NCBI RefSeq assembly: GCF_003668955.1
Contig: NZ_RAWO01000002.1
Coordinates: forward strand, 215,605 to 279,604
DNA length: 64,000 bases
Direction of reading: 5' to 3'
Source: Corallococcus sp. AB038B
GTDB lineage: Bacteria > Myxococcota > Myxococcia > Myxococcales > Myxococcaceae
Shown here: one piece after another, positions 32,922 through 43,451 of the stretch
Layout of the letters: each line of letters opens with the position of its first letter
How positions within the stretch are numbered: the stretch's first letter is position 1
Program-made: the position numbers and the translations under genes
The notes under the pieces: generated by a model
What the model saw: only the letters and a program-made list of their open reading frames with translations
Databases searched by the model: none
Told to the model about the DNA's origin: nothing

Positions 32922-34212
32922 TCTGCTGCTGGCGGCGGGAGAGGACCTTGATGGGCTGGATGGCCATCACCCGCATGAAGACGGACAGCAGCTCCGGGTC
33001 GAACTTCTGGCGCATCTCCGTCCACATCAGCATCAGCGCCACCTCCGGGCCGTACGCGTCCCGGTAGGGCCTGCGGGAGGTGAGCGCGTCGTACGCGTCG
33101 CAGATGGCGATGATCTTCGCGTACACCCCCAGGTTCGTCTTGGGGATGATCATCTGGATGTTGCCGCGCGCGTCCCGCACCGCGGTGCCGTAGTCCGTCT
33201 TGTGCTCGAACGTCGTCACCACGCGCAGGAGCGTGGAGCGGCTGAAGCCCTTCTCCATCAGGATGTTGCGCACGCTGATGAGCGGGGCGCGGGCCACCGT
33301 CGTCTTCTCGTCCGCGGTGAGCGCGCCGCGCTTGGTGGCCAGCTCCTCCGGCAGCGTCGTCATGCCCGCGTCGTGGAAGAGCGCGATGTAGCCCAGGTCG
33401 CGCAGCTGCGGCTTGGTAAGGCCCAGCTCCGCGCCGAACACGATGCACATCAGCGCCACGTTCACCTGATGGTAGACGAGGTAGTCCTCCTCGCGCTTCT
33501 GCGTCGTCATGCCCAGGAAGTGGGTGCGCTGATCGTAGGAGATGTCCACGAAGTCCTGCACCAGGCGCAGCGCCCGCGACGAGCCGATGGGCTTCCCCGC
33601 GCGCACGGACTCCAGGTACTTCTGCAGGAAGAACACCGCGCGGGCGTACACGGTCATCGCGTACTTCTTGCGGTCGACCTTCTGGTCGCCCGGGTTGTCC
33701 ATGTCCTTGTTCAGCTTCTCCTTCAGCTTGGAGAACTTCGCCACGCGCATGTTGAGGAGCTTGCGCCCCTGCAGGCCGTCCTCCTCCGCGGTGGAGGACT
33801 GCTCCTTGCTGAAGATCCAGACGAAGTTCTTCAGCTCCTGCGTGGTGACGGGCTTGGTCAGCGTGATGCCGCCCACGTCCTTGGCGCGCAGCTCCGACAG
33901 CAGGTAGCGCTGGTTCTCGATGGAGTTGAGGTCCACCTTCACCAGCATGCCGTTCAGGTAGAACGAGTCCTTGACGCCCGTCAGCTCCAGCCGGCCTTCC
34001 TTGCCGATGATCTGGTTGATGATGTCCTGGAGCTGGTGGAGCGGCTTTTCGAAAACGGCGTTCTCCGGGTCATACATCTTCACCGAGCGCACCAGCATGT
34101 AGAGGCCGGCGAGCATGGAGCGCGACAGGTTCTGGAGCTTCTCGTTGTGCTCTCGACCGTACTCGCCCAGGTTTTCGTCCTGGGTCTGATTGATCTTCAG
34201 ATTGTCGGCCAT
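32902..34212 (-). CDS. HD-GYP domain c-di-GMP phosphodiesterase-like protein
   Basis: 'HDAGMTTLPEEL', 'AICDAYDALTSRRPYRDA' and 'GYP'-type C-terminus. ATG at 34212 ('MADNLKINQ'); the track ORF extends spuriously to 34410. Its 3' end overlaps the convergent rluD-like gene by 20 nt. Confidence 0.8.
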   Translation of the reverse strand: MADNLKINQTQDENLGEYGREHNEKLQNLSRSMLAGLYMLVRSVKMYDPENAVFEKPLHQLQDIINQIIGKEGRLELTGVKDSFYLNGMLVKVDLNSIENQRYLLSELRAKDVGGITLTKPVTTQELKNFVWIFSKEQSSTAEEDGLQGRKLLNMRVAKFSKLKEKLNKDMDNPGDQKVDRKKYAMTVYARAVFFLQKYLESVRAGKPIGSSRALRLVQDFVDISYDQRTHFLGMTTQKREEDYLVYHQVNVALMCIVFGAELGLTKPQLRDLGYIALFHDAGMTTLPEELATKRGALTADEKTTVARAPLISVRNILMEKGFSRSTLLRVVTTFEHKTDYGTAVRDARGNIQMIIPKTNLGVYAKIIAICDAYDALTSRRPYRDAYGPEVALMLMWTEMRQKFDPELLSVFMRVMAIQPIKVLSRRQQQISVSGL

Positions 34213-34216
34213 GGTG

Positions 34217-35983
34217 TCAGCTCGCCTCTTCCGGCAGCGCCGAGTCCCCGAACAGGGCCTTGCGCGTCTGGTACATCGCCTTGCGGGCCGCGGTGAGGAC
34301 GTCCAAGGGCTGCGCCTTGTCCTCCAACACGCCCTGCAACATCTTGTAGGACTGGATGGAACCCGCGCCGCCCAGGCCCGTAATCGCCAGCAGCTTGTCC
34401 TCCAGCACACGCCGCTTGTTCAGCAGTGACGGCTTCACCGTCAGCAACTGCTGCATCATCGACAGCGCGGCGGGCAGGTTGGTGGCCCCGATGGCCGCGT
34501 AGAAGGCGGCCTTCTCGTCGGATGTCTTCTTGTCCCAGCTCGACTCGCGCACCTGCCGCACCAGGTCCGTGAAGGCCCGCTCGCGGTCGAACTCCGGCAG
34601 CAGCTTCGCGGCCAGCATGCGCACCTGCGCGACGCCGTCGGTGAGCGCATCCAGGATGATGCGCCGGGCCTCCGCCGTGCGGCCCCGCCCGATGATCTGC
34701 ATGACCTCCAGCTTCACCACCAGGTTGGGGCTCTTCATCACCTGGCCGAACATCTTCACCCGCTCCGGGTGGTTGCTCTTCTCCAGGATGTAGACCATGT
34801 CGCGCACCGTCTGCGGCCGGTCCGACAAGAGGCGCGCGACGAAGGGCTCCGGCAGGTCTCGCGCGAACGTGGCCAGCACGTCGCCAATGAGCAGGCGGTT
34901 CTCCGGCAGTTCAATCGTCTCCAACACGCTGAGCAGCGGCAGCACCGAGTCCACGCCCAGCGCCTGCAGGTAGCGCGTCACGTCCTGCGGCTGCCGCGTG
35001 CGCGTCGTCTTCAGCGACTCGCCCAGCCGCGTGAGGCGCTGCTCCTCGCCCATCTTGTGGAGGAAGTTGTTGAGCATGCGCCCCAGGTCCTCGCCGCCTT
35101 CGCGCTGGGAGAGCGCGCGCAGCTTGAGGACGATCTGGTTCACCGTGGCGAAGTCGTCCTGGAGCAGCAGCATGTCCAGCAGCTGCAGGAAGATCTCCTC
35201 CAGCAGCGCCGCGTCATCCACGCCGCCTTCCACCACCTGGAACACCGCGCCCACCAGCTTGGGAAAGAGGCGCGCGTTCTCCTCCTCGGTGATGTCGCGC
35301 TGGATGCGGGCCTTCAGGTCGTCCGAGGCGTGCCGGCCGCCCACGACGAGGCCGCGGATCTGCTCCACGCCGTCCAGCTTCGCGTCCAGGTCCTCCGCGG
35401 ACACGCGCGCGAAGCGCAGGAAGTCATCCGAGTTCGTCTGGAGGCGGGAGTAGAGGTAGCCCACCACCTTGTCCACCTCCACCTGGACCTCGTCCTCGGA
35501 GGCGCCCTCCATGGAGAAGCCCTCCACCACCACGTACTCCACCTGCTGCATGCCCGCGCGCCACAGCTGCGCGAGCACGTCGTCCGCGCCGCGCTCCGGC
35601 TCCGACAGCGCGATGAGCGTGAGGGTGACCAGCTCCTCCAGCGGCAGCCCCGGCCGGAAGATGAGCTGGCGGATGCCGTCGCGGAAGAACTTGTAGGGCA
35701 GCGGCGACTCTTCGGAGAAGAGCGGCTCGCCGTGCAGCATGAAGTTCTGCTGCTCCACCTTCAGCGAGAGCGGTCCGAACTTCTCCGTGTACGTGGAGAT
35801 GGCCTCCAGCGCCTTGGAGAGGAACTCCGGGAAGCGCGCCTCGTTGTGGCGGTACATGCCAATCTGCTTGATGCCCTTGAGCAGGTGGAACGCGAACGTC
35901 TTCGCCAACTCCACCTTTTCGCGGACCTCCGGTGACTGCTCCGGCTCCGCGGTCGCGTCCGTGACTTTCTGGGGCTGTGCCAT
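34217..35983 (-). CDS. Conserved hypothetical alpha-helical repeat (HEAT/ARM-like) protein, operonic with HD-GYP
   Basis: ATG at 35983 ('MAQPQKVTDA') preceded by AGGAT. The stop lies 4 nt upstream of the HD-GYP start. 588 aa, predicted all-helical. Confidence 0.6.
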   Translation of the reverse strand: MAQPQKVTDATAEPEQSPEVREKVELAKTFAFHLLKGIKQIGMYRHNEARFPEFLSKALEAISTYTEKFGPLSLKVEQQNFMLHGEPLFSEESPLPYKFFRDGIRQLIFRPGLPLEELVTLTLIALSEPERGADDVLAQLWRAGMQQVEYVVVEGFSMEGASEDEVQVEVDKVVGYLYSRLQTNSDDFLRFARVSAEDLDAKLDGVEQIRGLVVGGRHASDDLKARIQRDITEEENARLFPKLVGAVFQVVEGGVDDAALLEEIFLQLLDMLLLQDDFATVNQIVLKLRALSQREGGEDLGRMLNNFLHKMGEEQRLTRLGESLKTTRTRQPQDVTRYLQALGVDSVLPLLSVLETIELPENRLLIGDVLATFARDLPEPFVARLLSDRPQTVRDMVYILEKSNHPERVKMFGQVMKSPNLVVKLEVMQIIGRGRTAEARRIILDALTDGVAQVRMLAAKLLPEFDRERAFTDLVRQVRESSWDKKTSDEKAAFYAAIGATNLPAALSMMQQLLTVKPSLLNKRRVLEDKLLAITGLGGAGSIQSYKMLQGVLEDKAQPLDVLTAARKAMYQTRKALFGDSALPEEAS

Positions 35984-36183
35984 GAATCCTGGAAGAATCC
36001 GGAGGGGGCGGAAGGCCCCGGTGGGGGGAGCCTGGAGTGTACTCCCGTCCAGGTCCGGCTCCCAATTCGACAACTGCCCAGAATCCAGGGGGTTGGCGTG
36101 ACACCTGGGCAACATGGGGCGGACTGGCGGTGAAGCCCCGGTGTGTTACGCAAGGAGTCCCTTTGCAGCCTGGAGTCCCGTCC

Positions 36184-36516
36184 ATGAAGCGACTGGCCGC
36201 GTCCGCCCTGGTCCTGGCGTCCCTCACGGGCTGCTTCCGCATGAGCGTGCGCAGTCCGGCGCCGCGGGATGGCGCACCGGAGGCCCAGACGGGTGTGAGC
36301 CTGGTGGAGGGGCTGACGACGTCCAACGTGGCCGCGGCGGAGTGCAGGCATGGCCTGTCGCGGGTGGACGTGTACTGGCCGTGGTGGAGCCCGTTCGTCT
36401 ACGCCTTCACCTTCGGCATCGTGACGCCGCTGCGAGCGGAATACGTCTGCGCGAAGGGGTCGGCGAACGCTGCCGGCGGCGACACGGAGGTGCCGCCGTC
36501 GGTGCCCGGGCTGTGA
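36184..36516 (+). CDS. Small lipoprotein (110 aa)
   Basis: 'MKRLAASALVLASLTGC' signal peptide with lipobox LTGC. ATG at 36184. Confidence 0.65.
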   Translation: MKRLAASALVLASLTGCFRMSVRSPAPRDGAPEAQTGVSLVEGLTTSNVAAAECRHGLSRVDVYWPWWSPFVYAFTFGIVTPLRAEYVCAKGSANAAGGDTEVPPSVPGL

Positions 36517-36522
36517 CGGAAA

Positions 36523-36549
36523 CCTCCCCGCGAGCACGAAGCGGGGAGG
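36523..36549. terminator. Perfect 9-bp GC-rich hairpin (CCTCCCCGC-N9-GCGGGGAGG) between convergent genes
   Basis: Lies between the lipoprotein stop (36516) and the OPT stop (36563). No clear U-tract on either side. Confidence 0.45.
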
Positions 36550-36562
36550 GTGCTTCAAGCCG

Positions 36563-39028
36563 TCAGTGCGACGGCGGCGGGGCTTCCGCGCCGCTCTTGC
36601 CCTTGACGGCCGAGCGGAACAGGACCGCGGTGAGGACGGCGAAGAACGCCAGGCCCCAGACGTTGGACCACGTCGGGTGCGCCAGCTCGCTCTCGCCCAC
36701 GGCGTTGAGGAAGGAGCCCACCGCGCCTTCATGCCCGAAGAGGGCGGGCAGGTTGATGGCGCGCGTCCAGGCCCCGTCGCTGGCGATTTCCAGGAACGCG
36801 ATGAGCACGCCCGCGATGGAGCCGCCCGCGATGTAGCCGGAGGACATCAGCGTGCCGGGAGAGAACTCGGACTCCGCCGCGCTGCCGCCGCGCAGCTTGT
36901 CCACGAAGTGGCGCACCATGCCGCCCACGAAGATGGGGGCGCTGCTGCTGATGGGCAGGTACACGCCCACCGCGAAGGGCAGCGAGGACACGCCGCACAG
37001 CTCCAGCATCAGCGCGATGAAGACGCCCAGCAGCACCAGGTCCCACGGCAGCCGCTGCGTAAGGATGCCGTCGATGATGAGCGCGAACAGCTGCGCCTTG
37101 GGCGCGGAGTAGCGGGTGAGCGTCTGGCCCTCGTACTCGCTGATGCGGCCGCCGATGCCCGGGTCCACCACGTACTGGATGGTGCCCTGGTCATCCACCA
37201 GGTAGCGGCCGGCGGGCACGGGCGTGTCCGCGCCGCGCACGAAGCCTTCCTTGTAGATGCGGTCCGGACCGGCGGTGATGGCGCCCGCGTCCGACAGCTT
37301 CAGCGACGGGCCGTTGGCCGGCGCCAGCGTGAGGCCGGACAGCTGCTCGGGCGGCATCGGGCGCCAGCTGCGCAGCTCCAGCGCTCCGTCCACCGGCGTC
37401 GCGTCCAGGCGCTCCGCCCACAGCGAGCGCTTGAGCTTTTCGGGCGTCATGCCGCGCTGGGTGAGCGCGTCCTGGGACACCGCCCAGCGCCAGGTGTGCT
37501 GGGTGCGCGTCTCCTGCGTCAGCTCCGTCACCTGCACGCCCGGGTGCGCTTCCGGGATGACCGCGGTAGCGCCCTGGTTGAGCAGCACCAGCACCAGGCC
37601 GATGAACATGGCGCTGGTGAGCACGCCGACGAAGAGGGCGATCTGCTGCTTCTTGGGCGTGCCGCCCACGAGGAACGCCGTCTTCAGGTCCTGCGCGGTG
37701 GTGCCGCCGTTGGACGCGGCGATGCCCACGATGGCCGCCGTGGTGAGCGCCATGAAGCGGTCCGGCGACGACGTCCAGCCGAACAGCAGGTACACGAGGC
37801 AGGTGACGAGCAGCGTGGCCACCACCATGCCGGAGATGGGGTTGGACGAGGAGCCAATCTCACCGGTGATGCGCGCGCTCACCGTCACGAAGAAGAAGCC
37901 GAAGATGACGATGAGGATGGCGGAGATGAAGTTCACGTGCAGCGGCGGCGCCAGCCAGATGGCGAGGATGAGCAGCGCGCTGCCCACCAGCACCACCGTG
38001 ATGGGCAGGTCCTGATCCGTGCGCAGCACCGTGGGCAGGGCCCCCTTCGTGCCCGACTGGCGCAGCGTCTCCACGCTGCGCTTGAAGGCGCCCACGATGG
38101 TGGGCAGGGAGCGGATGAGGCTGATGAGGCCGCCCGTCGCCACCGCGCCCGCGCCAATGTAGAGCACGTACGCGTTGCGGATCTGATCCGGCGACATGTC
38201 CTTGATGAGCATCCCGTTGTGCACCAGCAGCGGCGTCTCCATGCCGCTGCCGAAGAAGGAGATCATCGGGATGAGGATGAGGTAGCTGAGCACGCCGCCG
38301 GCGAAGGTGATGCCCGCCACGCGAGGCCCGATGATGTAGCCCACGCCCAACAGCTCCGGGGACACCTCCGTGGAGAGCGTCGCGGCCTTGAGCCCCTTGA
38401 TGGGCGTGCCGATGGCCTCCTTGAAGAGCTTCATCCCGGAGTAGGCGAACTTGTAGACGCCGCCGATGATGAAACCCAGGATGACCGTGCGCGCGTTGGT
38501 GCCGCCCTGCTCGCCGACGATGAGCACGTCCGCGCTGGCGGTGCCCTCCGGGTAGGTGAGCTTGCCGTGCTCCTGGACGATGAGGCCCTGGCGCAGGGGA
38601 ATCATCATCAGCACGCCCAGCACGCCGCCCAGCGCGGCGGTGAGGAACGCGTGCGTGAGGCTGATGTCGTAGCCCAGGATGAGCAGCGCGGGCAGCGCCG
38701 CCGCCACGCCGAACGCGAGCGACTCACCCGCGGAGCCCGTCGTCTGGACGATGGTGTTCTCCAGGATGCTGGAGCGCCCCAGGGCCCGGAAGATGGCGAT
38801 GGAGAGCACCGCCACCGGGATGGACGCGGACACCGTGAGGCCGACCTTGATGGCCAGGTACACGGACGACGCCGCGAACACGATGCCCAGCACCGACCCG
38901 AGCACCAGGCCACGGATGGTCAGCTCCGTGGGCGACTGCTCGGGGGGCACATAGGGTTTGTGCGGGGCACCATGCGCCTCCGCGAGAGGGACGCGATCAT
39001 CGACGACCGGCGGGGAACCGTGGGACAA
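36563..39028 (-). CDS. OPT-family oligopeptide transporter
   Basis: Many TM helices and OPT signature regions ('GLTVSASIPVAVLSIAIFRA', 'VGYIIGPRVAGITFAGG') with a large (~200 aa) extracytoplasmic insert. The track start is TTG at 39028; GTG alternatives lie downstream. Confidence 0.85.
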   Translation of the reverse strand: MSHGSPPVVDDRVPLAEAHGAPHKPYVPPEQSPTELTIRGLVLGSVLGIVFAASSVYLAIKVGLTVSASIPVAVLSIAIFRALGRSSILENTIVQTTGSAGESLAFGVAAALPALLILGYDISLTHAFLTAALGGVLGVLMMIPLRQGLIVQEHGKLTYPEGTASADVLIVGEQGGTNARTVILGFIIGGVYKFAYSGMKLFKEAIGTPIKGLKAATLSTEVSPELLGVGYIIGPRVAGITFAGGVLSYLILIPMISFFGSGMETPLLVHNGMLIKDMSPDQIRNAYVLYIGAGAVATGGLISLIRSLPTIVGAFKRSVETLRQSGTKGALPTVLRTDQDLPITVVLVGSALLILAIWLAPPLHVNFISAILIVIFGFFFVTVSARITGEIGSSSNPISGMVVATLLVTCLVYLLFGWTSSPDRFMALTTAAIVGIAASNGGTTAQDLKTAFLVGGTPKKQQIALFVGVLTSAMFIGLVLVLLNQGATAVIPEAHPGVQVTELTQETRTQHTWRWAVSQDALTQRGMTPEKLKRSLWAERLDATPVDGALELRSWRPMPPEQLSGLTLAPANGPSLKLSDAGAITAGPDRIYKEGFVRGADTPVPAGRYLVDDQGTIQYVVDPGIGGRISEYEGQTLTRYSAPKAQLFALIIDGILTQRLPWDLVLLGVFIALMLELCGVSSLPFAVGVYLPISSSAPIFVGGMVRHFVDKLRGGSAAESEFSPGTLMSSGYIAGGSIAGVLIAFLEIASDGAWTRAINLPALFGHEGAVGSFLNAVGESELAHPTWSNVWGLAFFAVLTAVLFRSAVKGKSGAEAPPPSH

Positions 39029-39098
39029 GCAGGCACTCCTGACAGGAAATCAGGGGGCCCGTTCTAGCAGGGTCTCCGCCGGGGCGCGAAAACAGCCC

Positions 39099-39986
<888 letters not shown>

Positions 39987-40404
39987 GGATGGATTCTCCA
40001 AATCGGGCCTCCTGCCGCGGCGGAGGCGCTTGAAAGGTGCTCTGGGTTCAAGTCCTACAACTTGACGTGTCTGCCCTGAGCAACCGGGATGCCAACCAGG
40101 GTTGGATGTATTCGCGTGTGTCTCCGAGGGGTTGGAAGGCGCAGATGGGCGTCCCCTGGCAACGGTCTGTAACCGTTACCCGTGGCCGGTAGGAAAACCG
40201 CGGGTCTGCGAGGGGAGAAAATGCACGGCGCGGTGCCCTCGAGCGCACGTCGCCATGACGTTCGCGAATGGGGTTTCGTGAAACGCTTAATGGCGACGGG
40301 TGGCGGCTGTGGAGACATTTCTCCACCTCGGCCGGGCGTTCCTGGGGAGGGCGAGCGACCGGCGACGGAAGCCCGCTTCCATCCAGAGGGCACTTCTCTT
40401 CCGC

Positions 40405-42474
40405 TCAGGAGGCGCGGGCGGTAGGGCCCGCCTGTCCGGCCGGCTTTACTGCTCGACGGGCGGCTTCCGCCTCCAGCGCGCGGCGCAAGGTGGCGAGCAG
40501 GTGCTCGGCCTCTCCCTCGCGCAGGGCACGGCCGCCGAAGCGGGCCTCCAGGTAGCGGCGGGTGAGGGGCGTCAACGCCAGCGCCAGCGGATGACCTTCA
40601 CGCGCCAGTCGCGTGGTCAGGTCCTCCAGCGTCTCGTGTTCAAAGCGCGGCACATGGGCCTTTTGGAGCACCACGTCCACCCGGTCGAGGAAGCGCGTGG
40701 CCTCCAGCACCGGGGCGCGGCCCGTCCAGCGGGAGACGAAGCGGCCCGCGCGCCAGACCACAAAGGCCACGACGGCGGCCGTCACCCACGCGCGGGGCGG
40801 GGGCAGGCGGCTGGGGCCTTCGTTCGTTGGAGCGCCGGGCGCACGGCGCGGCGGGCGGACCAGGGCGCTCGCCAGTTCGAACTGGTCGCGGAAGGAGTAG
40901 TCGACGACGGAGTTGCGCCAGCGCGACTCCACCGCTTCATAGAGCGCGAGCACCTTCTCCAGCAGCGCGGAGCCCTGGCTCGTGCGGTTCGACGGCGGCG
41001 TCGCGTCCACGGTGACGAAGCCCCGCCCCGGGACGAGCACATGCGTCCAGGCGTGCGCGTCGCCCGCGCGCACCAGGTAGCCGCCGTCCATGCGCGCGCC
41101 GCCATAGAAGCCCGTGGCGAGCCGGGCCCCGATGCCCTGTGTGCGCAGCATCAACGTGAGCGCGGTGGCGAAGTGCTCGCAGTGGCCCGCCTTGCGCACG
41201 AAGAGGAACTCCGCCAGCGGATCCTCCGGGGTGCCTGCCTGGTCCAGCGTGTACCCGTAGTCCCGCTGCAGGAAGCTGGCGAGCTTGCGCGCGGCGGCCA
41301 GCGGCTCCCTCTCTCCCTGGAGCACCTGCGCCGCGAGCTGCGCGACACGCGCATCCAGGTGCTCGGGCAGCGCCAGGAGTTGGTCGCGCTCCGCCTGGAC
41401 CAGGCCGTCGGACATGCCCTTCTTCGCGTCCGGCGGCAGGCTGTAGGCCTCGTAGGTGTACGAGGGCGCGGTGACGGTGAAGCGCACCTCGCCCCCGCCC
41501 TGGAGTTGCACCGGGCTGTTCCGGGTGCCGGTGGGCGTGTGGGCCATGGCGTTGCCCAGGCGCGAGGGCATCTCCAGGGCAATCAGTGTGCGGGCGCCGT
41601 ACGCGGGCAGCAGCTCGATGCGCTGGTGGAGGAGCGTGTCGCTGGCGGGGCGCAGGGTGATCTGCCGCTCCGTCTGCTGCGCGCCGACGACGTTCGTCCA
41701 CTCCATGCCGTCGAAGGTGTCGTAGGTGCGGCCCACCCAGTAGGCGTCCAGCGCTTCGCGGCCCGGATCCGGCGTGAGCGTGGCGCGCAGCACCACGCGC
41801 GGGTTGCCCTTGATGGTGCCCGCGCCGCCCAGCCGCACGGTGTTGGAGTAGCCCGCGCTGCTCACCGCGCCGAAGCCCGGCGCCGAACGCGGCCCCACCA
41901 TGGCCCAGTTGAGGCGGGGGAAGAGGACGAAGAAGGCCACCGCGCCGGCCACCGCGAACATCACGCCCACGGACAGCGGTCGCAGCACCGCGCGCACCGG
42001 CACGGGCTCGCCGTCCGGTACCGCCGCCTCCACCACGCCCAGCGCCAGCGCCAGGCTGGCCAGCACCCCGAAGGCGATGAGGCACAGCGCGTACGTCATG
42101 TCGCCCGACAGCGCCGCGCCACCGGCCACCATCAAGAGGCCCGTCAGGTGCGTCTGTCCATCCGCCGCGGCGTCCGGCGTGGACAGCATCCGCTGCGCGG
42201 CGATGAGGCTCGCGAAGGCGCACGCCGCCACCACCGCGTTCATCGCGCCGGCCGTCAGCTGGAGGCCCAGGAGCACCGCGGCGATCAGCAGCCCCAGCGC
42301 GGACAGGCGGGAGAAGCGCGCGACGAGCCGCACGTCGCACAGCGCCAGCACCAGTGCTCCGATGAAGACGCCCAGCACCCACACGGGGAGCTGGCCGGAC
42401 ATGGCCATCGCGGCGAAGGCGAAGCCCACCGCCAGGTCGCGCAGGGCGAGCCGCAGCCTCAAGGGGCGCTTCAC
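40405..42474 (-). CDS. Transglutaminase-like (TgpA/DUF3488 + transglutaminase core) membrane protein
   Basis: N-terminal multi-TM domain and the Cys protease core 'RKAGHCEHFATALTLMLRTQGIGARLATGF'. GTG at 42474 overlaps the DUF58 stop (GTGA); the track ORF starts at GTG 42525. Confidence 0.8.
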   Translation of the reverse strand: MKRPLRLRLALRDLAVGFAFAAMAMSGQLPVWVLGVFIGALVLALCDVRLVARFSRLSALGLLIAAVLLGLQLTAGAMNAVVAACAFASLIAAQRMLSTPDAAADGQTHLTGLLMVAGGAALSGDMTYALCLIAFGVLASLALALGVVEAAVPDGEPVPVRAVLRPLSVGVMFAVAGAVAFFVLFPRLNWAMVGPRSAPGFGAVSSAGYSNTVRLGGAGTIKGNPRVVLRATLTPDPGREALDAYWVGRTYDTFDGMEWTNVVGAQQTERQITLRPASDTLLHQRIELLPAYGARTLIALEMPSRLGNAMAHTPTGTRNSPVQLQGGGEVRFTVTAPSYTYEAYSLPPDAKKGMSDGLVQAERDQLLALPEHLDARVAQLAAQVLQGEREPLAAARKLASFLQRDYGYTLDQAGTPEDPLAEFLFVRKAGHCEHFATALTLMLRTQGIGARLATGFYGGARMDGGYLVRAGDAHAWTHVLVPGRGFVTVDATPPSNRTSQGSALLEKVLALYEAVESRWRNSVVDYSFRDQFELASALVRPPRRAPGAPTNEGPSRLPPPRAWVTAAVVAFVVWRAGRFVSRWTGRAPVLEATRFLDRVDVVLQKAHVPRFEHETLEDLTTRLAREGHPLALALTPLTRRYLEARFGGRALREGEAEHLLATLRRALEAEAARRAVKPAGQAGPTARAS

Positions 42475-43451
42475 GCCGCCTCCCGGGAGTCCGTCCCTGC
42501 GTCCACGCCCTCGAAGCCCACCCACGCGAGCGCCTGGAGGATGCGCCGCTCCTGCGAAGCCCCCGCCGCGGGCCGCAGCGCGCGCTCCGGCAACTGGAGG
42601 CCGACCTCATGTCCCGCGTCCAGCAACTGGTGCGCCTGGGCGGCGACCTCTTCACACCGGCGCTCCAGCGCGTCGCCCGTGAGGCCCGTCTCCAGCGCGA
42701 GCTTCCAGATGCGGCGCTCCTCGCGCTCGCGCTCCACCTTCAGGAGGCGCCCCGCCGCGGCGCTCTTCAGCCAGTGGATGCGGCGCGCGTCCTCGTTCGG
42801 GGCAAGCTCGCGCAGGCCCGCCACATCGCCGGTGCCGTCCAGGTGGCGCGGGCTGCCTGACTCGCCCCGGGGGCCCTTCTCCGCGGGCCCCGGTTCCTTG
42901 CAGGCGTAGCCGCGGCGCGGATACACGAGCAGCGTCCCCTCCAGGGAGAACACGCGCGTCTTGGCGAACAGGCCCAGGGGCCACGTGGTGGTGACGCGCA
43001 CGCCGGACAGACGCACGGGGCCCCGGTGTGGCGCGGCCAGGTCCGCCCGGACGATGTGCTCACTGCCCGCGGACAGGTGCCCCAGCTTCCCGGTGCCGGT
43101 GAGCGGCGAGAGGTCCTCGGAGAACGTCAGCGCGAAGCCGTGGCCCTTCTTGCGCGACACCGCCCAGCGGTAGGCGAAGGGCTCGCGCGCGAAGGCCGCG
43201 TCCGCGCCCACCCGGCGCACCGTCAGGTCGCGCAGGCAGCGCTCCGACAGCACGCCGGACACCACCACCATGCTGAGCAGCAGGCCCAGCAGCAGGTAGA
43301 GCAGGTTGTTGCCCGTGTTGAGCGCGCCCAGCCCCACGCCGAACGTCACCACCAGGTACGTGCGGCCCGTCTTCGTCACCGACAGCGTGCGCGGCGGACG
43401 AAGGAGGGCGCGCAGCCGCGCCTTGAGAGGGGGGCGGGCTTGAGCCTTCAC
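42471..43451 (-). CDS. DUF58 (VWA-like) protein, MoxR partner
   Basis: GTG at 43451 overlaps the MoxR stop (GTGA). TM hairpin 'LVVTFGVGLGALNTGNNLLYLLLGLLLSMVVVSGV' followed by a DUF58 core. Confidence 0.7.
   Translation of the reverse strand: MKAQARPPLKARLRALLRPPRTLSVTKTGRTYLVVTFGVGLGALNTGNNLLYLLLGLLLSMVVVSGVLSERCLRDLTVRRVGADAAFAREPFAYRWAVSRKKGHGFALTFSEDLSPLTGTGKLGHLSAGSEHIVRADLAAPHRGPVRLSGVRVTTTWPLGLFAKTRVFSLEGTLLVYPRRGYACKEPGPAEKGPRGESGSPRHLDGTGDVAGLRELAPNEDARRIHWLKSAAAGRLLKVEREREERRIWKLALETGLTGDALERRCEEVAAQAHQLLDAGHEVGLQLPERALRPAAGASQERRILQALAWVGFEGVDAGTDSREAA

Noticed and set aside
36566-39067. 833-aa plus-strand ORF opposite the OPT transporter, and 40300-42909 (869 aa) and 40937-42655 opposite or within the transglutaminase gene
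   Set aside because: Antisense shadow ORFs. The opposite strand encodes proteins with clear family signatures, and these translations are dominated by R/G/A/H/D repeats with no domain.
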